A stretch of 42,192 nucleotides of DNA from an uncultured Mycobacterium sp. Lineage in GTDB: Bacteria; Pseudomonadota; Gammaproteobacteria; UBA4575. Both the position numbers and the translations under genes were made by a program. Shown one piece after another: positions 1 through 12,056 of this stretch (within the stretch, counting starts at the first letter, position 1; every line of letters starts with the position of its first letter). The notes beneath the pieces were generated by a model. The model did no database searches. It was not told the origin of the DNA and was given only the letters and a program-made list of their open reading frames with translations. Location: NCBI GenBank assembly GCA_964196535.1, contig CAXMUG010000054.1:1-42192 (forward strand), given 5' to 3'.

Positions 1-1
1 C

Positions 2-988
<987 letters not shown>

Positions 989-1005
989 GTTGGTAAAATA
1001 CTTTT

Positions 1006-1881
1006 GTGTCCTCATCAGAAATCAACTCGAAAATAGATCAATATGCGGTGATCGGTAATCCTATCGAGCACAGCAAATCCCCTGACATCCATCTTTTGTT
1101 TGCCGATCAAACGGGAGAGCATCTTAATTATGAAAAAATACTTGCAGATGAAGACAAGTTTTCACAAGCCGTAACAGAATTTTTTACCAACGGTGGCAAA
1201 GGCCTAAATGTAACCGTGCCTTTTAAAAATGACGCATGTAACTTTGTTGATGAGCTTACAAAATACGCAAGAAATGCCGGCGCGGTAAATACCATCTATA
1301 AAGATGAAAACGGTAAGTTCATAGGCGCAAACACAGATGGCATTGGCCTGTTACGTGATTTAAAAAAATCTTTACGCGTACAAATTATAAATAAGAAAAT
1401 ATTAATTGTGGGTGCTGGCGGCGCCACACAAGGTATTGTTGAGCCCTTGTTAAATGAACAACCGTCAGAGTTACTCATCGCGAACCGCACTGCAAGCAAA
1501 GCCGAAGCTATTGCGGAACAATTCAAAGAGCCTGCCCCGAATGTAAGTGTTGTTAAAGGCTGTGCGCTTAATGAAATTCCAAAACACCCATTCGATTTAG
1601 TGTTACACGCTACCTCTGCAGGTTTACAGGGCAATAATGTTGAATTGCCGGTAGAAATAATCGGTCCTAATACCTGTTGTTATGATCTTTTATATAGCGA
1701 TCAAGACACACCTTTTATGCAATGGGCAAGAAGTCACCATGCTGAAAAAGTTGTAGATGGCTTTGGCATGTTATTAGAACAAGCCGCGGAAGCATTTTAT
1801 ATATGGCGCGGACAACGCCCAGATACAGGCATGGCGCATCATTATTTTCGCCCTGACTCTAAAGCGAATCCGCATTTATAA
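1006..1881 (+). CDS. aroE: Shikimate dehydrogenase
   Basis: GNPIEHSKSP, GLNVTVPFK, AGAVNT, NTDGIG, GAGGA, DGFGMLLEQAA. GTG start. Confidence 0.96.
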   Translation: MSSSEINSKIDQYAVIGNPIEHSKSPDIHLLFADQTGEHLNYEKILADEDKFSQAVTEFFTNGGKGLNVTVPFKNDACNFVDELTKYARNAGAVNTIYKDENGKFIGANTDGIGLLRDLKKSLRVQIINKKILIVGAGGATQGIVEPLLNEQPSELLIANRTASKAEAIAEQFKEPAPNVSVVKGCALNEIPKHPFDLVLHATSAGLQGNNVELPVEIIGPNTCCYDLLYSDQDTPFMQWARSHHAEKVVDGFGMLLEQAAEAFYIWRGQRPDTGMAHHYFRPDSKANPHL

Positions 1882-1921
1882 TAAAGACCAATTACAGAAT
1901 GAACCTATTTACGAATAAATA

Positions 1922-2824
1922 ATGATCCAACACGTAAAGCGACCCCCAATAGATATGGATCGACTAACGCTTTATGCAAAGTTAGTTCGGCTTGATAAGC
2001 CTATCGGTATCTTATTGCTGTTATGGCCCACACTTTGGGCATTATTCATCGCTGCGGATGGCATTCCAGACATTAAAATCCTCATCGTATTTATTCTTGG
2101 CGTAATACTCATGCGCTCTGCCGGTTGTGCAATTAATGATTATGCAGATAGAAACATAGACCCATTTGTTGCACGCACCAAACAACGCCCTGTCGCCAGC
2201 GGACTCATTCAACCAAAAGAGGCACTATTAGTAGCTGGTGTGCTTGCGTTAATTGCTTTCGTGATTGCACTTATATTTCTAAACAAACTCACCATTTACT
2301 TTGCCATTGGTGCCGCACTGTTAGCAACAACCTACCCGCTCATGAAACGCTTTCATTTTTTACCGCAAGTACATCTAGGCATCGCCTTTGCTGTTTCCAT
2401 ACCGATGGCCTTTACCGCTATAACTAATGATTACCCGACACCGGTTGCGTGGTTACTATTTACTGCTGCAGTTATTTGGACCACCGCTTATGACACTTTG
2501 TATGCCATGGTTGATCGCGAAGAAGATATAAAAATCGGTGTGAAATCTACTGCAATATTATTTGGCCCCATGGACAAAGCTGCTATCGGCATGATGCAGT
2601 TTTTGGTTGGAGTGTGTTTAGTGTTAGTTGGCATTAATACAAAAATGAGTTGGATTTATTATGTTGGCATTGCACTAGCGAGTTTGTTTTTTATCTACCA
2701 ACAAATATTAATCAAACACCGTTTCCCCGACCGCTGCTTCTATGCTTTTTTAAATAATCAATATTTCGGCATGGTAGTGTTTATCGGAATCTTTGCACAT
2801 TACTGGTTGACTACTGGGACGTAG
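1922..2824 (+). CDS. ubiA: 4-hydroxybenzoate polyprenyltransferase
   Basis: RLDKPIGILLLLWP, MRSAGCAINDYADR, YDTLYAMVDREED, GVKSTAILFG, multiple transmembrane segments. Confidence 0.96.
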   Translation: MIQHVKRPPIDMDRLTLYAKLVRLDKPIGILLLLWPTLWALFIAADGIPDIKILIVFILGVILMRSAGCAINDYADRNIDPFVARTKQRPVASGLIQPKEALLVAGVLALIAFVIALIFLNKLTIYFAIGAALLATTYPLMKRFHFLPQVHLGIAFAVSIPMAFTAITNDYPTPVAWLLFTAAVIWTTAYDTLYAMVDREEDIKIGVKSTAILFGPMDKAAIGMMQFLVGVCLVLVGINTKMSWIYYVGIALASLFFIYQQILIKHRFPDRCFYAFLNNQYFGMVVFIGIFAHYWLTTGT

Positions 2825-2835
2825 GAATTAAGAGG

Positions 2836-2872
2836 CGCATCTTGGATGATGCGAACTAATTAAATCTTTTTT
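2836..2872 (+). terminator. Possible terminator hairpin between convergent ubiA and comF
   Basis: CGCATC-ttggat-GATGCG at 2836-2853. The T-run lies about 13 nt downstream, so this is not a textbook arrangement. Confidence 0.3.
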
Positions 2873-2909
2873 TAGAATGTACGTTATTGGCCGAAAGCAG
2901 ACATCAATA

Positions 2910-3637
2910 TCAAGCAACCCGAGCTATACACCAAACCCCAACTCTCTCTGCTCCAGCCTTCCTCAAACATTTCGCCATATCATTCACCGTATTCCCTGTG
3001 GTCATAACATCATCAACAATACAAACGTGTTTATTTTTTAAAAAGGTTGAATCCACTTTAACCGAAAAAGCATCTTTAACATTTTTATGCCGTTGCTTTG
3101 CTGGTAGACCCATCTGCACACTGGTATCACGATTGCGATAAACCTCATTGTATGAAATCTCGCTGCCTAGTCCTTTGCTAATGATGCGTGCAATTTCCAC
3201 CGCTTGGTTATAGCCACGTTGTCGCAAACGTTTTTTATGCAACGGTACGAGAATATCAGTTCAGGAATCTCTATCTTCTTTTCCTCAATATGTCGCAATA
3301 ACAATTGTGCGAGTAGCTCGCCTTGATTAAGCTTTTGGTTAAATTTGAATTGATAGATTGCATCACGGATAAACCTATCAAAGTGAAAGGGTGTTGAAGC
3401 GTGATCAAAATACAATTCGCGATTGCTACAAGCGCCACAAACCGCAATATTGGTACTTGGCAATGGGAGTGCACAACGAGCACAGGCGTATTCCACCCAG
3501 GGCAATCTTTGAAAGCATCTTTCACAAAGACCCATTCCATTATGCCCTGCATCATTGTAATGCAGGCAGACTTTCGGATAAATCATTGCGCCTGCTTTTT
3601 TAAAAGCAGAAGAGATTAGCTGCATCTTAGAAGTCAT
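2910..3637 (-). pseudogene. comF: ComF family competence protein (zinc ribbon plus PRTase domain), frameshifted
   Basis: The N-terminal half (LCERC, CARC, CGAC, AIYQFKF...IPELI) is in ORF 3167..3736. The C-terminal half (VPLHKKRLRQRGYNQA, IVDDVMTTGNT, CIARVA) is in ORF 2910..3242, a different frame. The frame changes at about 3249-3256. It is divergent from bioB, the usual comF position. Confidence 0.88.
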
Positions 3638-3644
3638 ACTTTTA

Positions 3645-3672
3645 TTGACACCCCACTGCAAAAGATTAGACT
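3645..3672 (+). promoter_or_regulatory. Candidate sigma70 promoter for bioB-bioF
   Basis: TTGACA (3645-3650), 16 nt spacer, TAGACT (3667-3672), 26 nt upstream of ATG 3699. Confidence 0.4.
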
Positions 3673-3698
3673 TGCTGGCACTATTATCGTTAACCTTT

Positions 3699-4733
3699 AT
3701 GGCAAGCAACCCTATGCAATCTGCAACTATGCGCAATGACTGGAAAAAACAAGAAGTCTTAGACTTATATCAACTGCCATTTAACGATTTACTGTATTTA
3801 GCGCACCGCATTTTTCGTGAAAATCATGATCCTAACAAATTACAAGTCAGCACCTTGCTTTCAGTAAAAACGGGATCCTGCTCTGAAGACTGTGCCTACT
3901 GCCCACAAAGTGGTCATTACGACACAGAAATTGAAAAAGAGCGTTTGTTGTCTCTAGATGAAGTAAAGCAAAACGCTGAGGCCGCCAAACAAGCCGGCGC
4001 TTCAAGATTTTGTATGGGAGCCGCTTGGCGCAACCCTTCGGATAAAAACTTAGATCAAGTTATTAAAATGATCGAGGTGGTTAAAGATCTTGGCCTGGAA
4101 ACCTGTGTAACCGTAGGTATGCTCACCGAACCACAAGCGCAGAAATTAAAAAACGCAGGACTGGATTATTACAACCACAACCTAGACACCTCTCCTGAGT
4201 TTTATGGCAGTGTAATCACTACACGTACCTATCAAGATCGCTTAGACACACTTGAGCATGTGCGAAATTCTGGCATCAACGTTTGCAGTGGCGGCATTTT
4301 AGGCATGGGAGAATCTCGCGAAGACCGAGCTGGCTTGTTATTACAACTTGCGAACCTACCTCAACACCCTGAGTCTGTGCCGATTAATATGTTAATAAAA
4401 ATCAAAGGTACGCCACTTGAACTCGTTGACGACCTTGATCCATTTGAATTCATTCGCACCATTGCGATTGCGCGCATCTTAATGCCGAAAACGTATGTGC
4501 GTTTGTCCGCAGGGCGTGAAGAAATGAATGAACAGACACAAGCGTTGTGCTTTTTCGCAGGTGCAAATTCTATTTTTTACGGTGAGACTTTGTTAACCGC
4601 TAAAAATCCTGAAACTGAGAAAGACCGAGCATTGTTTAACAAGCTTGGTATTGAGGCAGATAGTGTTAATAACCCTGTTAATTCTACTCTTCATTCTGAG
4701 ATTGACTCTAGTCAGGCAGCTGCCGTTAATTAA
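3699..4733 (+). CDS. bioB: Biotin synthase (radical SAM)
   Basis: [11 protein letters not shown] radical SAM motif, [30 protein letters not shown]. The start is probably ATG 3699 (alternatives 3714 and 3729) rather than TTG 3645. Confidence 0.97.
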   Translation: MASNPMQSATMRNDWKKQEVLDLYQLPFNDLLYLAHRIFRENHDPNKLQVSTLLSVKTGSCSEDCAYCPQSGHYDTEIEKERLLSLDEVKQNAEAAKQAGASRFCMGAAWRNPSDKNLDQVIKMIEVVKDLGLETCVTVGMLTEPQAQKLKNAGLDYYNHNLDTSPEFYGSVITTRTYQDRLDTLEHVRNSGINVCSGGILGMGESREDRAGLLLQLANLPQHPESVPINMLIKIKGTPLELVDDLDPFEFIRTIAIARILMPKTYVRLSAGREEMNEQTQALCFFAGANSIFYGETLLTAKNPETEKDRALFNKLGIEADSVNNPVNSTLHSEIDSSQAAAVN

Positions 4734-4748
4734 GCTTATTACTTTGCT

Positions 4749-5891
4749 ATGAGTAATCTGGCAGCAGGGCTAGATAAGCTTCGACTAGAAAATCTTTACC
4801 GTAGTCGAAAATTAACTTCCTCAGCTCAGCAAGTTGAGCCGATTATTAATGGACAAAAAGTTTTATCTTTTTGCAGTAACGATTATTTAGGTCTAGCGAA
4901 TCATCCATATGTGATTAAGCATCTCGCTGAAGCCGCGCAAGAAAATGGTGTGGGTTCAGGAGCCTCACATCTAATCACTGGTCATCATGAAAGTCATGCA
5001 GCTTTAGAAGAAGAACTAGCAGAATTTCTTGGTTGTGAGCAAGCATTGTTGTTTTCTACCGGCTATATGGCAAATTTAGGAGTGGTCAGTTCTTTAGCTA
5101 CTCGTAACAGCACTATATTTGCAGACAAACTAAATCATGCTTCTCTGAATGATGCGGCTTTGTTATCTCGTGCGAGAGTAAGCCGCTATGCACATCAAGA
5201 AACAGATCAATTAGAAAAAAATATTGCTTCGGAAGATTGCACTAGCAAATTAATTTTAACGGATGGTGTGTTTAGTATGGACGGCACCATCACTCCGGTT
5301 AAAACGTTACAGTCGATAGCTAAAAAATATAGCGCTAAATTAATAGTCGATGATGCGCATGGCATTGGTGTGCTCGGTAAACACGGTAGAGGATGTACCG
5401 AAGGCTTGCTGTCTAATAACGATATTTTAATTGGCACTTTGGGCAAAGCGTTTGGCACTTTTGGAGCCTTTGTTGCTGCAAGAAAAGATACCATTGAATG
5501 GATTATTCAGAAAGCGCATAGCTATATTTATACCACCGCATTACCTCCTGCCATTGCTGAAGCAACACGCGCCAGCCTACAACTCATAAAAGAAGAAGCT
5601 TGGCGTAGAGAACGGTTACAAGAATTAATTCAATATTTTCAAGATCACTGCAAACAAGCAGGCATAAATGTATCTACTTCAAATACGCCCATACAACCGA
5701 TAATATTAGGTGCATCTGAAACTGCGCTGCGAGTTAGCGAGAAACTTTTAGGTGCTGGAATACTCGTACCCGCTATTCGCCCACCGACTGTTCCAAACAA
5801 TACTGCAAGATTGAGAGTAAGTTTTTCTACTGCTCACACAAATGCGCACGTAGACCAACTTATAGTTGCTCTTGAGCAGCTATTCACATAG
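4749..5891 (+). CDS. bioF: 8-amino-7-oxononanoate synthase
   Basis: FCSNDYLGLA, GSGASHLITG, NHASLND, DGVFSMDG, DDAHG, GTLGKAFG (PLP lysine), IRPPTVP. Confidence 0.96.
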   Translation: MSNLAAGLDKLRLENLYRSRKLTSSAQQVEPIINGQKVLSFCSNDYLGLANHPYVIKHLAEAAQENGVGSGASHLITGHHESHAALEEELAEFLGCEQALLFSTGYMANLGVVSSLATRNSTIFADKLNHASLNDAALLSRARVSRYAHQETDQLEKNIASEDCTSKLILTDGVFSMDGTITPVKTLQSIAKKYSAKLIVDDAHGIGVLGKHGRGCTEGLLSNNDILIGTLGKAFGTFGAFVAARKDTIEWIIQKAHSYIYTTALPPAIAEATRASLQLIKEEAWRRERLQELIQYFQDHCKQAGINVSTSNTPIQPIILGASETALRVSEKLLGAGILVPAIRPPTVPNNTARLRVSFSTAHTNAHVDQLIVALEQLFT

Positions 5892-5934
5892 TTATTTTTC
5901 TATTTATCAACAACATATAGTTGAAATAACTTTA

Positions 5935-5964
5935 CTTGCATTTGCAAGATTCGCTAATTAAAAT
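5935..5964 (+). promoter_or_regulatory. Candidate sigma70 promoter of mscL with an inverted repeat over the -35 box
   Basis: TTGCAT (5936-5941), 17 nt spacer, TAAAAT (5959-5964). Palindrome CTTGCA-TT-TGCAAG at 5935-5948. SD AGGAGG lies just upstream of ATG 6009. Confidence 0.45.
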
Positions 5965-6008
5965 TTACCCGGCTCATAAAACAATAATAACTTTTAGGAG
6001 GATCAAGC

Positions 6009-6389
6009 ATGGGAATGGTTAGTGAATTTAAAGAATTCATCAGCAAAGGAAGCATGATGGATATGGCCACCGGTATCATTATCGGTGCAGCGGTAACAGC
6101 AGTTGTTGGTTCAATGGTGAATGATCTTATTATGCCAATCATTGGTCTAATAGTTGGCGGCATTGATTTTAGTCAACTCAGCGTTGCGCTTGGTGAAGGA
6201 GAAGATGCTGCAAAATTTGGTTACGGTGCATTTATTCAAGCATTGATTAATTTCTTAATAATTTCTTTTGTAATCTTTATGATTGTTAAAGCGGTAAACA
6301 GCATGAAGAAAAAAGAGGAAGCAGCTCCAGCCGCCCCAGCAGAAGACATTGTTTTGCTACGCGAAATTCGTGATAGCCTAAAGAAATAA
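6009..6389 (+). CDS. mscL: Large-conductance mechanosensitive channel
   Basis: [44 protein letters not shown]. Strong SD. Confidence 0.96.
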   Translation: MGMVSEFKEFISKGSMMDMATGIIIGAAVTAVVGSMVNDLIMPIIGLIVGGIDFSQLSVALGEGEDAAKFGYGAFIQALINFLIISFVIFMIVKAVNSMKKKEEAAPAAPAEDIVLLREIRDSLKK

Positions 6390-6421
6390 GAATATTTGAA
6401 GAAATATTTTCAGCCATAAGA

Positions 6422-6458
6422 TAAAAGCCTACGCAATTAATTTAACGTGGGTTTTTTA
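6422..6458. terminator. Likely bidirectional intrinsic terminator between mscL and radC
   Basis: TAAAAGCCTACG...CGTGGGTTTTTTA stem with G-U pairs on the + strand, flanked by A and T tracts, between convergent genes. Confidence 0.6.
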
Positions 6459-6472
6459 TGTCAATGTATTTA

Positions 6473-7144
6473 TTACAACCGGCCTAATTCAGCCAGCGAT
6501 ATTACATCGTTACCAATAATTAAGTGGTCCAACACTTTAATGTCCATCAATGACAGAGCGTCGCGCAGAGTATGAGTAATTTCAATATCCGACTGGCTTG
6601 GCATTAAATCCCCTGATGGATGATTATGCGCAAGGATAACTGCATTGGCATTATGTTTTAGCGCTTGCTTGACAACTTCTCTTAGGTACACTTCAGCACG
6701 GTGTAAACTACCTACAAATAATTCTTCGAAATCAATCACTCTATTCTTGGCATCTAAAAATAAGCACGCGAATACTTCCTTGTCATAATCTCGCATGCGC
6801 ATGAGTAATAATTGTTTTGCCACCTCAGGATTGGTTAATGGCCCTTCTCGTTCTAGTGATTCACGTAAAAACCTGCGAGACATTTCAAGACAGGCATGTA
6901 GTTGAGCATATTTTGCTGAGCCTAAAACCTTAGCATGACAAAAAATTTTTAAATCTGCACAAAGCAACTGACGCAAACTAACAAACTCCATTAATAAGTC
7001 TCGAGCCAAGTTAACGGCAGATTTCCCTTTCACGCCGGCGCGTAAAAATATCGCTAGTAGCTCTGCATCTGAAAGTACTTTCGCACCTTGCTCGAGTAAG
7101 CGCTCCCGAGGACGTTCCCCTTCGGGCCAATCCGATATCGCCAT
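6473..7144 (-). CDS. radC: RadC / UPF0758 JAB-domain protein
   Basis: ERPRERLL..GA..LSDAELLAIFLR and the JAMM motif AHNHPSG...SQSD, VLDHLIIG. Divergent from coaBC as usual. Confidence 0.95.
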   Translation of the reverse strand: MAISDWPEGERPRERLLEQGAKVLSDAELLAIFLRAGVKGKSAVNLARDLLMEFVSLRQLLCADLKIFCHAKVLGSAKYAQLHACLEMSRRFLRESLEREGPLTNPEVAKQLLLMRMRDYDKEVFACLFLDAKNRVIDFEELFVGSLHRAEVYLREVVKQALKHNANAVILAHNHPSGDLMPSQSDIEITHTLRDALSLMDIKVLDHLIIGNDVISLAELGRL

Positions 7145-7282
7145 AATTCCCCTCCGCTTATTCGCTATACCCGTAAACCCTTGATATTTATGACATGATT
7201 TGTGCCCAATGGCTATATGAACTTGGCAAACCGTGATAGGAATAAAACCATCTTTACAAGCATATTTGGTAGACTAAGCCAT

Positions 7283-8542
7283 ATGTCATTAGCTAATAAA
7301 AATATTCTACTCGGCGTCAGTGGCGGTATTGCTGCATATAAAAGTGCTGAGCTTGTACGTGAATTAGTACGTGCACAGGCACAGGTACGAGTAGTAATGA
7401 CAAGGTCTGCTAAACAGTTCATCACTCCTCTTACTTTTCAGGCTTTATCTGGAAACCCAGTTTTATCCGATGAGTTTGAGAATGCTGAGTCAGCAAATGG
7501 TATGGACCATATTGCACTAGCTCGTTGGGCTGATGCTATCCTCATCGCACCGGCAAGTGCAAATACCATCGCCAAATTAACTCATGGCGGTGCCGATGAT
7601 CTACTTAGTACCACATGTTTGGCCACCAAAGCTCCGCTTGCACTTGCACCGGCAATGAACCAAGCCATGTGGAACAATAGCGCAACGCAAGACAATGTAG
7701 AACTGTTACGCAAACGCGGCGTATTATTTTTTGGTCCTGCAGCCGGTTCACAGGCCTGTGGCGATGTAGGTGAAGGACGTATGTTTGAATCTCATCAACT
7801 ACTTCTTTCCTTAAGTAATTTATTCAACACCGGTGAACTCACTGGAATTAATGTCATGGTGACTGCAGGCCCTACACGCGAGCCTATAGATCCGGTTCGC
7901 TACATAAGTAATCGCAGTTCTGGACGTATGGGTTACGCCATTGCAGAAGCTGCTCATGATGCAGGCGCCAACGTACAGCTCATATCTGGCCCTGTTTCTT
8001 TAAATCCGCCTGATGACATTGATTGTATCTCTGTAATTACTGCACAAGAAATGTTTGATGCTGTACAAGCAGGTATTAATACTCAACAAATCTTTATAAG
8101 TTGTGCTGCAGTTGCAGACTATCGACCAATAACAAAACAGCCTGAGAAGATAAAAAAACTACATGATGATCTATCAGTAACCATGGTGCGCAACCCAGAC
8201 ATTATTGCTGAGGTAGCTAGGCAAGATAACAAGCCTTTTGTGGTTGGCTTTGCAGCAGAGACTCGTGAACTTAATAAATATGCCAAACAGAAATTAGAGC
8301 GCAAACGCCTGGATATGATTGCAGGTAATGATGTATCTGTTGACAACATTGGTTTTGATAGCCCAGAAAATGCATTAGAAGTTTTTTGGACAGGTGGACA
8401 TTGCTCACTAGAGCGTGATACAAAAACAAAAATCGCGCGACGACTTATTGGTCTGATCGCAGAACGTTACGCCAACACAGATAAGAGAAGCAATGTCACA
8501 GTACTCAAAAACTCAAAAGACCGAAGTCAAAATACTCGATAG
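7283..8542 (+). CDS. coaBC: Bifunctional phosphopantothenoylcysteine decarboxylase/synthetase
   Basis: [67 protein letters not shown]. The start is placed at ATG 7283 ([10 protein letters not shown]). Confidence 0.96.
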   Translation: MSLANKNILLGVSGGIAAYKSAELVRELVRAQAQVRVVMTRSAKQFITPLTFQALSGNPVLSDEFENAESANGMDHIALARWADAILIAPASANTIAKLTHGGADDLLSTTCLATKAPLALAPAMNQAMWNNSATQDNVELLRKRGVLFFGPAAGSQACGDVGEGRMFESHQLLLSLSNLFNTGELTGINVMVTAGPTREPIDPVRYISNRSSGRMGYAIAEAAHDAGANVQLISGPVSLNPPDDIDCISVITAQEMFDAVQAGINTQQIFISCAAVADYRPITKQPEKIKKLHDDLSVTMVRNPDIIAEVARQDNKPFVVGFAAETRELNKYAKQKLERKRLDMIAGNDVSVDNIGFDSPENALEVFWTGGHCSLERDTKTKIARRLIGLIAERYANTDKRSNVTVLKNSKDRSQNTR

Positions 8543-8966
8543 CCGAATCGGCAAAGAAATTCCACTGCCCACTTATGCAACCTCTGGATCTGCAGGTATG
8601 GATCTACGTGCTTGCATGGATGCAGTCATAACTATTTCACCTGGTGAAACAGTGTTAATTCCAACTGGTATATCCATTTACATTCAAGACCCAGGACTTG
8701 CGGCAACAATTTTGCCGCGCTCAGGCCTAGGCCATAAGCATGGCATCGTGTTAGGCAACCTAGTCGGACTGATCGACTCAGACTATCAAGGCCCGCTAAT
8801 GGTTTCTCTTTGGAATCGTGGCAGCGAAACATTTTCAATCAATGTAGGTGACCGCATTGCTCAACTGGTTATTGTGCCGATAGTACAAACCGAGTTTGAA
8901 ATTGTTGAAGAATTTACAGCATCGGATCGAGGAGAGGGTGGCTTCGGTCACACCGGCACAACCTGA
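8493..8966 (+). CDS. dut: dUTP diphosphatase
   Basis: [39 protein letters not shown]. Confidence 0.97.
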   Translation: MSQYSKTQKTEVKILDSRIGKEIPLPTYATSGSAGMDLRACMDAVITISPGETVLIPTGISIYIQDPGLAATILPRSGLGHKHGIVLGNLVGLIDSDYQGPLMVSLWNRGSETFSINVGDRIAQLVIVPIVQTEFEIVEEFTASDRGEGGFGHTGTT

Positions 8967-9004
8967 AGTTTGCTATTTTCTCTATTTCACTTATAAATTA
9001 ATCA

Positions 9005-10375
9005 ATGAATATAGATCCTCATATTTTTCGTGCTTACGATATTCGCGGTGTGGTAGAAACTGCGCTAAAACCAGAAGTCGTCGCATTGATTGGGCAAGCA
9101 CTAGGTAGCTTATATCCAAACAGTAAAACAGTGGTTGTAGCCCGTGATGGTCGAATGTCTAGTAAGCAGTTAGTAGACAGCTTAAGCCAAGGGCTAAAGG
9201 ATAGCGGCTGCAAAGTAATAGATATTGGTCAGGTGCCAACACCCGTGTTGTATTACGCCACGCACAAACTTGGCACAGGTGCTGGTGTGATGGTGACTGG
9301 AAGCCACAACCCTCCTGAATATAACGGCCTAAAAATGGTTATGGATGGAAAAACACTGTATGGCGAAGACATTCAAGCTATTCACCAATGCATTATAAAG
9401 AATGAGCTCAAATCAGAAGCAGGTAATATTAAAGAAGAAGATCTTCTAGATACCTACATTTCAAGAATATGCTCAGACATAAAGCTTACTCGCTCACTCC
9501 GTATTGGAATTGATTGTGGTAATGGTGTTGCTGGTCCAGCTGCACTTACTCTATTTAAAGAATTGGGTTGCGAAATTTTTGACTTATATTGCGACGTAGA
9601 TGGGAATTTCCCAAACCACCACCCTAACCCTAGTGACGCAAAGAATTTAGAAGACTTAATTTCATGCGTGCATGAGAATAGCTTAGACTTAGGTCTTGCC
9701 TTTGATGGTGATGGTGATCGTGTTGGTGTAATAGATGACAAAGGTGGGGTGCTTTGGGCAGATCGTCAGATGATGCTCTATGCACGCGATGTGCTTTCCA
9801 GAAAGCCAGGGTCGAAAATAATTTTTGATGTGAAGTCATCGAGAAATCTAGCCACAGTTATTGAAGAAGCTGGTGGTGAAGCCATAATGTGGAAGACAGG
9901 ACATTCTTTTATTAAAAATAAAATGGCAGAAACTGGGGCGGAATTAGCGGGAGAAATGAGTGGCCATATCTTTTTCAAGGAACGTTGGTACGGCTTTGAT
10001 GACGCACTTTATAGTGCAGCTCGTTTACTTGAAATTGTAGCCAAACAAAATTTACCTTCTAGTCAATTATTCGCAACCTTACCAAACTCGCTAAGTACGC
10101 CAGAAATTAACGTGCACTTTGATGAAGATGGTGCGCAACATGACTTTATGCAGAAATTTGCAAGTACTGTTGATTTACCAAATGCAAAGATTACTACCAT
10201 AGACGGCATACGCGCGGATTATGAAGATGGCTGGGGACTTGTTCGTGCCTCCAATACAACTCCTTCTTTAGTGCTTCGATTTGAAGCAGATAGTGAGAGT
10301 GTAATGGAGACTATTAAAAATGATTTTCGCCAACAGCTGTCGAAAACAGACTCAAATATAGATTTGCCATTTTAA
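9005..10375 (+). CDS. algC: Phosphomannomutase/phosphoglucomutase (AlgC-like)
   Basis: FRAYDIRG, TGSHNP (phosphoserine loop), DGDGDR (metal loop), GEMSGH, VRASNT. Lies between dut and argB. Confidence 0.93.
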   Translation: MNIDPHIFRAYDIRGVVETALKPEVVALIGQALGSLYPNSKTVVVARDGRMSSKQLVDSLSQGLKDSGCKVIDIGQVPTPVLYYATHKLGTGAGVMVTGSHNPPEYNGLKMVMDGKTLYGEDIQAIHQCIIKNELKSEAGNIKEEDLLDTYISRICSDIKLTRSLRIGIDCGNGVAGPAALTLFKELGCEIFDLYCDVDGNFPNHHPNPSDAKNLEDLISCVHENSLDLGLAFDGDGDRVGVIDDKGGVLWADRQMMLYARDVLSRKPGSKIIFDVKSSRNLATVIEEAGGEAIMWKTGHSFIKNKMAETGAELAGEMSGHIFFKERWYGFDDALYSAARLLEIVAKQNLPSSQLFATLPNSLSTPEINVHFDEDGAQHDFMQKFASTVDLPNAKITTIDGIRADYEDGWGLVRASNTTPSLVLRFEADSESVMETIKNDFRQQLSKTDSNIDLPF

Positions 10376-10401
10376 TATTTTTTTCGAATAAACATAACTA
10401 A

Positions 10402-11904
<1,503 letters not shown>

Positions 11905-12056
11905 ATGGCTTATCGATGTTTTTCTATTTGGAATTTTACTACTAAATACCAAGAAGTTAGAGCTAATATTGCTTGTTTAATCGCGAAACTTTGCACACTC
12001 GTCATATAGAATTAGTTACAAGAGCCACAATCTTAGCCAATTATTAACCTTGTTTA

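Noticed and set aside
3676-3690. Sigma54-like TGGCAC upstream of bioB
   Set aside because: The -12 position reads TCGT rather than TTGC, so the essential GC is missing.
3645-3736. Apparent head-to-head overlap of the bioB and comF ORFs in the track
   Set aside because: This is an artefact of longest-ORF starts. Plausible starts (bioB 3699, comF 3637 or 3625) leave a normal divergent spacer.
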